Virus record (IMG/VR): IMGVR_UViG_3300025087_000084
Span: 1 to 55,774 of that record
Strand: one strand, 5' to 3'
Source: a virus
Taxonomy: Duplodnaviria > Caudoviricetes
DNA length: 55,774 nucleotides
Shown here: piece by piece, positions 17,922 through 26,428 of the stretch
Layout: each line of letters starts with the position of its first letter
Numbering within the stretch: position 1 is the first letter of the stretch
Program-made: the position numbers and the translations under genes
The notes under the pieces: generated by a model
Seen by the model: only the letters and a program-made list of their open reading frames with translations
What the model was told of the DNA's origin: nothing
Databases searched by the model: none

Positions 17922-18131
17922 ATGGAACGATACTTAGCAAACATAAACTTTCACGTTTGGGCTGATTCCGAAGTTGAGGCATTAGAAAAGATAAATGAAA
18001 TTACCCGTTATTTAGACATGGAGAAAGACGCTAAAACTTATTTAACTGAATTTTGGTTTGTTCCTTATGCAGAACCTACTAAACATAGACAATTAGATAT
18101 ACGTGAAATTTCAAATAAATTAGGGGAGTAG
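17922..18131 (+). CDS. Hypothetical protein (69 aa)
   Basis: GGAG RBS. Confidence 0.7.
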   Translation: MERYLANINFHVWADSEVEALEKINEITRYLDMEKDAKTYLTEFWFVPYAEPTKHRQLDIREISNKLGE

Positions 18132-18133
18132 AA

Positions 18134-18397
18134 ATGAGTAATAAGATTGAAAAAATAAAAGAGATAAAAACAGCAGTTAGCGGTTATAAAATCAGTGATG
18201 AGGTTAAAAATGAACTATTAACTATGTTAGACGAGCTTGAACCTGGACTTAAAACCGAAACGGATAAGCTATATATGAAGTTGGGGAAATTCACTTATAA
18301 AGGATTCAATCAAACTCAAGGTGATTATTACGAAGACGGCGAAGTGGTAATTTGTAACAAAATCAAAGAACTAAAAAAAGAAAAGGAGAGGTTGTAA
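18134..18397 (+). CDS. Hypothetical helical protein, paralog of the next gene
   Basis: GGGGAG RBS; shares LDELxPxLK and KIKELxKEKE with 18402..18692. Confidence 0.75.
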   Translation: MSNKIEKIKEIKTAVSGYKISDEVKNELLTMLDELEPGLKTETDKLYMKLGKFTYKGFNQTQGDYYEDGEVVICNKIKELKKEKERL

Positions 18398-18401
18398 AAT
18401 T

Positions 18402-18692
18402 ATGAATCAAAACAATGAAATGGATAGGGTTGATGAAATAAAAGAAAACATTAGTCAATTTTCCGGCGCTCATTTTTGGAAATTTTGTATTTATAAAAAA
18501 CTTGACGAACTCCGTCCTGAGCTAAAGAGCGATTTAGATACACTAAAGATTGAGTTAGCTGAAAGATTAATAGAGATATACAACGAACATGGTTCTGATG
18601 TTATAAACAACGAAGATGAAACCGACCCGGAATTAGCAACAATTTATTTTAAAATCAAAGAACTAACAAAAGAAAAAGAGCAAGTGAAATGA
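18402..18692 (+). CDS. Hypothetical helical protein, paralog of the previous gene
   Basis: Shared motifs with 18134..18397. Confidence 0.75.
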   Translation: MNQNNEMDRVDEIKENISQFSGAHFWKFCIYKKLDELRPELKSDLDTLKIELAERLIEIYNEHGSDVINNEDETDPELATIYFKIKELTKEKEQVK

Positions 18693-18925
18693 AAACATGC
18701 AATAAATGTGTTTTATTGAATCATGATAAATGTATTCTTAAGCACGCAGTAGAACAACAGCATATTAGAACACAATTGGGAGAAAAGATATTTATTGTAC
18801 CTAAAGAATATTGTAATAAATTTACATCGTATAAAAAAGCAATAAAATGTATTATGATAAAAAATCAGAAATATGAACAATTGGAATTATCATTGGAGGA
18901 TGAATGCAAGATATCACAAAATTAG
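18689..18925 (+). CDS. Small Cys-rich hypothetical protein
   Basis: CxxC at the N-terminus; ATGA overlap. Confidence 0.6.
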   Translation: MKTCNKCVLLNHDKCILKHAVEQQHIRTQLGEKIFIVPKEYCNKFTSYKKAIKCIMIKNQKYEQLELSLEDECKISQN

Positions 18926-19101
18926 TAGATAACTTAGTCTGTGATTGCAAATTTAATTTTTACGATGTTAAACAGAATACAGATAACTTAATTAAAGAAG
19001 GATGTTCCTTTGGACAAATATATCTATTCGTAAGTCACATAGTAACAAGAGAATTTTTTAATGAATTTTTGCAAGAAGAATATGGAGAAACTTTATTATG
19101 A
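18904..19101 (+). CDS. Hypothetical protein (65 aa)
   Basis: GGAGG RBS. Confidence 0.6.
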   Translation: MQDITKLVDNLVCDCKFNFYDVKQNTDNLIKEGCSFGQIYLFVSHIVTREFFNEFLQEEYGETLL

Positions 19102-19976
19102 AAATAACCAATAGATATAATTTACCGGAAGCCTTAGTTAAAGCGGTAAAATCAAAAAGAGAATATTATGAATTCAAGGAAAACAGAATAGGCGCTACTA
19201 CTTTGATAGATAGCCCATATCGTAGAATGTTAACCATGCAACATTATGATGAAATAGAAGAAGATATATCAAGTATGTTATGGGCTATTCTTGGTATAGC
19301 GGTTCATAAAGTACTTGACCAATTTGACAATACAACTGTTAAAGAGTTAAAAATAGAACATAAGTACATTTATAATAATACAGAATATACTATTGTATGC
19401 ATTGGCGATATGTGGAATCCTGTTAATAAACGACTTACTGATTGGAAGATTACATCAAAGTATTCTATGGACAAAGATAAAGATGAATGGACTAGTCAAT
19501 TAAATGTCAATAAGTATCTATTCGAATCCATAGGATTAGAGGTAAATAGTCTTGAGATAAGTGCTATCTTAAGAGATTTCAGTAAAAAGGATAAAATAGA
19601 AAATAAGTTTCCTTTTGTTATACCTTTTGTTTCAAGAGAAATAAAGATTATAGACAAAGAATCTGTTAAATTATATATTGAAGAACGTTTAAAAAAGCAT
19701 TTTGTAGATGATATTCAAGAATGTACCCCGGAAGAAAGATGGCAAGTTCCTAATATATGGGCTGTTATGAAAAAAGGCGGTTCAAGAGCAATAAATGGAG
19801 GTTTACATTATAATGAAATAGAGGCAAACGAACATTTGAATAGAGTTGGACATGATTATTTTGTTCAATTCAGAAAAGGTGAAGATAACAGATGTGTCGA
19901 ATATTGTTCTGTAAATAAATTTTGTGATTACTATAAGCGTAATTATCTTAATAAAGACATTCCAAAACTTGATTAA
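19098..19976 (+). CDS. PD-(D/E)XK Cas4/RecB-like exonuclease
   Basis: GIAVH, IGD...TDWKIT, QLNVN motifs and C-terminal RCVEYCSVNKFC Cys cluster. Confidence 0.8.
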   Translation: MKITNRYNLPEALVKAVKSKREYYEFKENRIGATTLIDSPYRRMLTMQHYDEIEEDISSMLWAILGIAVHKVLDQFDNTTVKELKIEHKYIYNNTEYTIVCIGDMWNPVNKRLTDWKITSKYSMDKDKDEWTSQLNVNKYLFESIGLEVNSLEISAILRDFSKKDKIENKFPFVIPFVSREIKIIDKESVKLYIEERLKKHFVDDIQECTPEERWQVPNIWAVMKKGGSRAINGGLHYNEIEANEHLNRVGHDYFVQFRKGEDNRCVEYCSVNKFCDYYKRNYLNKDIPKLD

Positions 19977-20026
19977 AAATAATATAAAAATATATTTGCA
20001 TTTGTGTAATATGTTTATTAGATTGC
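19968..20026 (+). promoter_or_regulatory. Bacteroidota/FCB-type promoter(s)
   Basis: CTTG-N19-TATATTTG (19968-19998) and overlapping TTTG-N20-TAGATTGC (19995-20026). Confidence 0.6.
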
Positions 20027-20060
20027 AATTGTGTTTTAGTTCATAAACAAAGGATTCCAA

Positions 20061-20504
20061 ATGAATATTTTAGCTATTGACCCTGCCACTAAATGTGGCT
20101 GGGCTGTAAGTAACCAAATTTACGGATGTTGGGACTTATCTGTACGTAGAGATGAAAGTAATGGTATGAAACTCCTTCGCCTGAGAGCTCTGTTGGAAAA
20201 GACACATAATGAATTAGATCTTCAATTAGTGGTTTATGAACGTCCGGCAGGGCTCCATGCGAATAGTATTATACATCAGGCAAAGTTAATAGCAATAATA
20301 GAAACCTTCTGTGAAGAACGTAATATACAATATAGAGCATATTCTGCAAGTGAGATAAAAAAGTTCGCTACAGGCAAAGGAAACGCCAAGAAAGAACAAA
20401 TGATACTATTCGCCAAAGAGAAATTAGATTATAGTGGAGACAATGATAATGAAGCAGATGCTTTATGGTTGTTAAATTTAGTAAAAAAGGATTTAAATAT
20501 ATGA
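20061..20504 (+). CDS. RuvC-like Holliday junction resolvase
   Basis: ILAIDP...G, VVYE, IKKFATGKGNAKKEQM, DNEADA. Confidence 0.85.
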   Translation: MNILAIDPATKCGWAVSNQIYGCWDLSVRRDESNGMKLLRLRALLEKTHNELDLQLVVYERPAGLHANSIIHQAKLIAIIETFCEERNIQYRAYSASEIKKFATGKGNAKKEQMILFAKEKLDYSGDNDNEADALWLLNLVKKDLNI

Positions 20505-20917
20505 AAAAAAAGATGAAAAAATTATTATTAATATTAATTGCTATAATGTTTATAGCATGCGATAATGCGACAGAACCTGATGACTTTACGATATATGACA
20601 TAGAGGGAGAATGGTACTGGCATGGACATGAACGGTCACAAGTTTTTATAGATATTGAATATTTGCCAAATTGCATATTAGGCAATAGAGAACTTACTTA
20701 TGATACCGGTTGGCAGTTTGAAAGTGGTCCTAACGGAAATTTAATTAAATGGACTACAAGATTAAAAATGGTAACAAGAGATTCAGTTAATCAATTTAGA
20801 ATCTTTAGAAGAAAAGATAAAGATAATCATATAATTGAATTTATTGATTTTTCTAAATGCACAAGTGAGAGACCTTTTGATATATGCCCAGAAATATTAA
20901 CAAGAGTAAAATTATAA
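20501..20917 (+). CDS. Lipoprotein
   Basis: MKKKMKKLLLILIAIMFIA-C lipobox followed by DNATEP. Confidence 0.75.
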   Translation: MKKKMKKLLLILIAIMFIACDNATEPDDFTIYDIEGEWYWHGHERSQVFIDIEYLPNCILGNRELTYDTGWQFESGPNGNLIKWTTRLKMVTRDSVNQFRIFRRKDKDNHIIEFIDFSKCTSERPFDICPEILTRVKL

Positions 20918-20938
20918 ATAATTAAAAGAAAGGTAAAA

Positions 20939-21778
20939 ATGAATTTATTCAGTGATGATGTTAGAACAAGAAATAGTATTTCCTGTAAATTAAATATAAC
21001 CAATAATATTAGTGATATATTATTCCCGATAGACATTAAGAACATATATGGTTCTGGAGTAAATGATGAAGATTCTTATGATACAGATTATAAAGGTGTA
21101 TTCAGATTAGACACTTTTGATTGTTTGTATATTGGTAAAAACTATGAAATCATAGAAAATGAAGTTATAATGAATAGCTTAGAACCATTGATAAAAGAAG
21201 GATTTGAGTATAATCGCATAGAAAGTTACAATGATACTAAATTCAAGATTGATATGATAAATAAAACAGTTAGTGTAAAAGTGCAAAATGAAATAGTGCA
21301 TCCTAAGATACAGATAACTAATTCTTATGACGGCTCAAATTCTTTATCTTTAGCGATAGGCGCTTTTATATTCGTTTGCGGTAATGGTTTGATAATAGGC
21401 CAAGCAGATACTTTTAAACATAAGCATACCCAGTCATTGAGAGATTTTGATTTAGACAATTTCTTTTTAAACGGATATAAGAACACTTTGGACAATACGC
21501 TCAATTATCTTACAGATAAAATATGGTCTAATGAAAAAGAAGAAGTTGAAGATAAATTTATGAAACTCATAAAGCCATTTAGCAAAGGTGACAAAGTGCA
21601 TCCATTGGCTAATATGCTAAAAAAAAGATTTATAATTGAAAATAATAAATACGATAATAAGGAATTTGCATTAATGATGGCTTCCACATATCTTGGTACA
21701 CATGGATATAAAGAAGGCGTCTCTTATCAAAATCAGAATATTATCAATAAAAATGTATCTGAGATATTTTTTAATTAA
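20939..21778 (+). CDS. DUF932/DUF945-like protein
   Basis: ITNSYDGS...FVCGNG...HKH signature. Confidence 0.75.
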   Translation: MNLFSDDVRTRNSISCKLNITNNISDILFPIDIKNIYGSGVNDEDSYDTDYKGVFRLDTFDCLYIGKNYEIIENEVIMNSLEPLIKEGFEYNRIESYNDTKFKIDMINKTVSVKVQNEIVHPKIQITNSYDGSNSLSLAIGAFIFVCGNGLIIGQADTFKHKHTQSLRDFDLDNFFLNGYKNTLDNTLNYLTDKIWSNEKEEVEDKFMKLIKPFSKGDKVHPLANMLKKRFIIENNKYDNKEFALMMASTYLGTHGYKEGVSYQNQNIINKNVSEIFFN

Positions 21779-21783
21779 AACTT

Positions 21784-21859
21784 GTATCACGTATAGCATA
21801 TTTTATGCATGATTGTTCTTTTAAAATTAGTAAAAACAATTCAATGTTATACGTGATAC
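21784..21859 (+). promoter_or_regulatory. Long intergenic hairpin
   Basis: gtatcacgtatagcat pairs with atgttatacgtgatac (16 bp with one G-U), plus an inner ttgtt/aacaa stem. Confidence 0.6.
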
Positions 21860-21877
21860 TTTATATATGGAGAAAAA

Positions 21878-22582
21878 ATGGATGAAATTGTATTAAGGAA
21901 TAAAATTGAAACTTTAGATTGCAAAACAAACATAAGTTTTAATTTAGATAATAACATAAATGATTTAATGATTCAATCGGATCATGAACAAAGATTATTA
22001 ATTATAGATAAAATAGAAAAGAAAGTAAGAGAAGAAAATCCTGTTGCCGGGGATATTGAAGTATATAAGAATGCTATAGTCAAAGGTATTGTTAAACCAA
22101 AAGAAGATTTTGACCTCAAGTACGAGGGAACACTGAATATTTCCGGCAATTTTAGCGAAGATGGTATATCGAAAATAGGAGGTATATCTCCTGAATACAA
22201 ACGAAGAGTTGAAAATAGAGCAGAATTTAACCATTGGAAAAAATATTGGTATTTATATGATTTCTATGAAAAAAATCCTACTGTATTCCCGGATTTTGAT
22301 TTTCATATGATATATATAATAAAATATGTATATACGAAATATCAAAAACGTCCCAAGGAGGGATTAAAATATTTAGCTTTAATAAGATACAAACTAATGC
22401 AATTTCAGGGTAATGAAGAATTATACTCAAAGCAATTTCTTGATTACGCTAATAATGAAATAAATAAGAATACAGATAATTTAAAGAACATAATTGAAAT
22501 TTTTGAAATAACAGGAGACAATAGTGGAAACAAAAGAAATGACAATAATCGAGAACAATACACAAAACTTGAACTCACTTGA
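21878..22582 (+). CDS. Hypothetical protein in the replication block
   Basis: GGAG RBS; 234 aa ORF. Confidence 0.7.
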   Translation: MDEIVLRNKIETLDCKTNISFNLDNNINDLMIQSDHEQRLLIIDKIEKKVREENPVAGDIEVYKNAIVKGIVKPKEDFDLKYEGTLNISGNFSEDGISKIGGISPEYKRRVENRAEFNHWKKYWYLYDFYEKNPTVFPDFDFHMIYIIKYVYTKYQKRPKEGLKYLALIRYKLMQFQGNEELYSKQFLDYANNEINKNTDNLKNIIEIFEITGDNSGNKRNDNNREQYTKLELT

Positions 22583-23198
22583 AAACATAAAGATTAAAAA
22601 TCAAAAATTAAGAAATAAAAAGACTGATAGAAAATTAATAAAAATTCTTGATAAAGGATATGATAAAACAGGCAAACATTTATTATTTGATTATGTCAGT
22701 TGGGGTACTGTAGCAAGATGGTTAGATGAATATTACCCATGCTGGAGTATGGAAATATTGCCTGATAGCATTAAAAACGAAGCCGGCAGTATTAATTGCA
22801 TAGTAAAATTAACTGTATTTGAAGAAGGCGGAATACCGAGAATAATACAGTGTTGCGGTACAAGAAAAATAGATATTAAGCAAAGCGATGGCAGTGTAGT
22901 AAGTTTAGATTACTGGAAATCAGCAGAGACAGATGCATTCAAAAGATGTGTTGCAAGATTAGGCGGATTTAATGATATATATACGGACAACACAGACGAA
23001 TTAACCGAAGATACTATTGAATATATATTTGACCAGGTATTTCCAAGATTAACAAAAATAGCAGAATCAGAAAAATACCCGGATTACACTATGGACAATG
23101 TAGCAAAAACGCTCAAAGGATATTTTAAAGGAGTTGTAACATTAGAACAAATTAATCACAAATTCATGAGAACAGACAATGAAAACACTAAGGATTAA
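22524..23198 (+). CDS. Rad52/Sak-like single-strand annealing protein
   Basis: DYVSW...WLDE...W, KSAETDAFKRCVARLG...IY; AGGAG RBS, GTG start. Confidence 0.8.
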   Translation: METKEMTIIENNTQNLNSLENIKIKNQKLRNKKTDRKLIKILDKGYDKTGKHLLFDYVSWGTVARWLDEYYPCWSMEILPDSIKNEAGSINCIVKLTVFEEGGIPRIIQCCGTRKIDIKQSDGSVVSLDYWKSAETDAFKRCVARLGGFNDIYTDNTDELTEDTIEYIFDQVFPRLTKIAESEKYPDYTMDNVAKTLKGYFKGVVTLEQINHKFMRTDNENTKD

Positions 23199-23658
23199 AA
23201 GAATAAGAATTAATGCTAAACAGGTCAAGATAAGTTTTGAAGAACTTAACGAAGATAATTTATGGATTCATACATCTATAGAGAGCCCGGAAATGCCTAA
23301 ACAGGTATTTATAGATTCGCTACAAGCATTGGCTTCTGATATATGCACTATAAATGAATACAATAGTTCTATTGTTCCTGAAATAAAAGTTACCGGATTA
23401 ACCTTTAGATGGGACAAAGATATTAATAAGTATAAAGTATTATTGGTAGCTAAGAGAAAAATCAGATTATCTAATTCCCCAAGTAATCTAATTACACCTT
23501 TGGTATCAATAGATAAATTAAATGAAAATGATGAAGACTTTAAGTATAAAATGGATTTAGATAACAAGATAGTAACTATTATAAAATATGCTAATTTATA
23601 TTTATCAGGAGATAGAGAAAAATCAAAACAGGAAAAAATTGAATTTAAACAAAAGTAA
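23179..23658 (+). CDS. Hypothetical protein (159 aa)
   Basis: ORF in operon. Confidence 0.7.
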   Translation: MKTLRIKRIRINAKQVKISFEELNEDNLWIHTSIESPEMPKQVFIDSLQALASDICTINEYNSSIVPEIKVTGLTFRWDKDINKYKVLLVAKRKIRLSNSPSNLITPLVSIDKLNENDEDFKYKMDLDNKIVTIIKYANLYLSGDREKSKQEKIEFKQK

Positions 23659-23683
23659 AAAATAATTTAATAAGGAAATCAAA

Positions 23684-24742
23684 ATGGGATTATTAGAATT
23701 TGAATCAAGTTCGGGAAAAATCAACAAAGGCATTAGAGATGGTGAATTAATTGATTATGTTATAATTGATATTGGATTACCAAAATCATATATAAAAAAG
23801 ATTGCAGAAACCAATAAAAAGAAAAAAGATGAAAATGAAGCATTAGGAGAAGATTATATACCGATACCGCCAACGTATAAAGAAGGAGGTATAGAAATAA
23901 CCATTGCTGCTGTACGCAGAGAATTAAAGTATCATGAAGATGGCAGTGTAACAGGTAGAGACGTATTTTTGTCCCAAGGAGATAAATTAGTAGCACCTGA
24001 TTATAACGCTGTTTGCAGATATCAGCAAATGACACCAAGACAACATTTTAATGCCGCTAAAAAAGACGGTTCCAAATATGGTGATTGGTTTAGAGGATGT
24101 GGCAGAGAAGATGCAATAAATAACAAACCAATTATAACAGGACAATTTTCTACTGAAGTATCATTTTATCCTCCGGTAAGTGCCATGAAAGACAATAGTG
24201 ATCCATCTGTAAAATGGGATAAAAGAATATCCGCAGATAATATACCTATTGGCGAAGAATACAGATATAAAGAACTAATGGACGCAGAAGATAAGCGTCA
24301 AAAAGAATGGCAGAATTTATTCAAGTTATGGGATGATGCTACAGAAGAAGAACGCAAAGTATTCTTATTAAGAATTGTATCAAAAAGATTATTGATATGC
24401 AAAATGATAGATAATAAATTTCATTATCTGTTACCTGAAGTAGGAATGTTCTGTAGAGCAATGGTTAACAATAGAAATGATAGTTCTTATTTTAATATCA
24501 AAGCATTTGGATTCTTTAGCAAAGAGGAAAAAAGAACTCCGATATATAGCACATGTTCGGTTAGTGAACCTGACGAAGAAAATAAAGATATAGTTAAACT
24601 TATTAAACAAGGACTTGAAGACAAAAAGAACAAAAGTGTAAATCAAATAAAAGAAATACAGGATAAGATCAAAAAAGATCTTGACGAAGAATATGGAGAA
24701 GCAACGGATGATGATGATGATCTTCCATTCGATATACCATAG
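23684..24742 (+). CDS. Putative ssDNA-binding protein
   Basis: Acidic tail DDDDDLPFDIP; located between the annealing protein and the helicase. Confidence 0.5.
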   Translation: MGLLEFESSSGKINKGIRDGELIDYVIIDIGLPKSYIKKIAETNKKKKDENEALGEDYIPIPPTYKEGGIEITIAAVRRELKYHEDGSVTGRDVFLSQGDKLVAPDYNAVCRYQQMTPRQHFNAAKKDGSKYGDWFRGCGREDAINNKPIITGQFSTEVSFYPPVSAMKDNSDPSVKWDKRISADNIPIGEEYRYKELMDAEDKRQKEWQNLFKLWDDATEEERKVFLLRIVSKRLLICKMIDNKFHYLLPEVGMFCRAMVNNRNDSSYFNIKAFGFFSKEEKRTPIYSTCSVSEPDEENKDIVKLIKQGLEDKKNKSVNQIKEIQDKIKKDLDEEYGEATDDDDDLPFDIP

Positions 24743-24745
24743 GAT

Positions 24746-26131
24746 ATGATAATGGAGAAGAAACATTATACCGATATAGAAGATTGGCTGATTTCCGTAA
24801 TAGTATTTAATCCTACATATTGTAATAAAGTAAATATAGCCATATTCGATAATCCTGCTAACAGGGAAATATATTTATTTACTAAAAGGCACTATGCTGA
24901 AAAGGGCACATTGCCTTTATATGCTGATATATTAGAAGAATTCAGTCATAATCTACTTGGCGATATAGTACCACTAAATGAACTTGATAAAGTGTATGAG
25001 AGATCCTCGTTAATTAAAAATAAGAATAACAATGAGATTGAAAAAGAATTTAGCATGTCTGTAGAATACCTGCAAAAAAGAAAAAGAGTAAAAGAAAAAT
25101 TATTAAAAATTGACGAAGCTAAAGAGCTGATAAAAACAGGCAAAGAAAACGAGGGAATAGAAATATTAAAAAATATAACGTTTCATAATAACAAAGCCAC
25201 ACATGATACATTTGGATTAATGTTAAAAGCGCTATATGAGAATAATACATTTTTATCTGGTTTAAAGGTCATAGATATAAATTTAGGAGGATTCTTAAAA
25301 AAGAATCTAATGACCATATTAGGAGATAGCGGTACTATGAAAACCATGGTTTCATTAGATATTTGTCATAAGATACTAATGAAAAATAAAAAGTTTAAAT
25401 GTGCATATTTTGAAAAAGAGACTTCGGTAGATGATATTAGCAGGAGAGAAATATCCAGGTTATTGAATAGAGACAGAAGTGAAATAATTAAAATGTCTTC
25501 AATTGACGATAGCAGTCAAAAATTTAAATATATGCATGATTTATCTGATGAAATCAATAAGAAACAGGAAAAAAGGAGTGATGAAGAAGTAGATGTAATA
25601 AATAGATTAAAGATATTCTCGCCAGATCAGTTTAGTGATGTTAAGGATATGTATGAAATCATAGACGATGGTAATTATGATATATGGGTATTGGATTTCG
25701 CTACTATGATAGAACCTAAAAAAGGTGAGATTGATGATGCTTCATTAAGGAAAGAATTTAAATTAATGAAAGCAATGATAAACGATACCAATACTTTCGG
25801 AATTGTATTAAGTCAATTGAAGACATCTATTAATATGCAGGTAAGAAGTAATAAAGTACCAACATTAGGAGATATGGAATGGGGAAAATACTTAAGACAA
25901 TTTAGTGCTTGGATATTTAGTATATTTTATCCTTATCACGAACATCCCGACAGTGTTCTAATAGACAAGGACTGGTATTTCCTCATATCGCAAAAGGTAC
26001 GAGAAGGCCCACGAGTTACATTAAATCTGTTGGCTGATTACGAACATTGTATCTTTAATGAACCGGATATAATAAAGAACAAAAGAATGACTGAGTATTT
26101 AAAGGGATATATAAGGTCAAAAATAGTATGA
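24746..26131 (+). CDS. DnaB-like (SF4) replicative helicase
   Basis: Walker A variant GDSGTMKT, YFEKE, WVLDF (Walker B), VLSQL, KVREG. Confidence 0.8.
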   Translation: MIMEKKHYTDIEDWLISVIVFNPTYCNKVNIAIFDNPANREIYLFTKRHYAEKGTLPLYADILEEFSHNLLGDIVPLNELDKVYERSSLIKNKNNNEIEKEFSMSVEYLQKRKRVKEKLLKIDEAKELIKTGKENEGIEILKNITFHNNKATHDTFGLMLKALYENNTFLSGLKVIDINLGGFLKKNLMTILGDSGTMKTMVSLDICHKILMKNKKFKCAYFEKETSVDDISRREISRLLNRDRSEIIKMSSIDDSSQKFKYMHDLSDEINKKQEKRSDEEVDVINRLKIFSPDQFSDVKDMYEIIDDGNYDIWVLDFATMIEPKKGEIDDASLRKEFKLMKAMINDTNTFGIVLSQLKTSINMQVRSNKVPTLGDMEWGKYLRQFSAWIFSIFYPYHEHPDSVLIDKDWYFLISQKVREGPRVTLNLLADYEHCIFNEPDIIKNKRMTEYLKGYIRSKIV

Positions 26132-26322
26132 AAGAAATTAACGATAATGATTTAGAGGCATGTTTTGTAGATAAACAATGTAAGCGTGAATGCAAACGCA
26201 AAAATATATACTATGACCAAATGTGGTTTGGCAATTGGATTAAAGGAGACATGAGTGATACATGTAAATACTTTAAACCAAATGAACTTAAGAATAAATT
26301 ACATACATTAATAAACAAATAG
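26128..26322 (+). CDS. Small Cys-containing hypothetical protein
   Basis: ATGA overlap; followed by a terminator. Confidence 0.6.
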   Translation: MKEINDNDLEACFVDKQCKRECKRKNIYYDQMWFGNWIKGDMSDTCKYFKPNELKNKLHTLINK

Positions 26323-26349
26323 GGTACTAACAAGTACTCTATTTTTTTT
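26317..26349 (+). terminator. Intrinsic terminator ending the replication block
   Basis: atagggtact-aaca-agtactctat followed by a T run. Confidence 0.8.
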
Positions 26350-26378
26350 GGATATTGTAATAATATGTTATATATTTG
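26347..26378 (+). promoter_or_regulatory. Bacteroidota-type promoter for the structural operon
   Basis: Exact TTTG-N20-TATATTTG upstream of the portal gene. Confidence 0.75.
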
Positions 26379-26428
26379 CTTTTAGAGTTCATGGGTGAAT
26401 TTAAAGTTAAATGTAAATAAGGTTAAAA

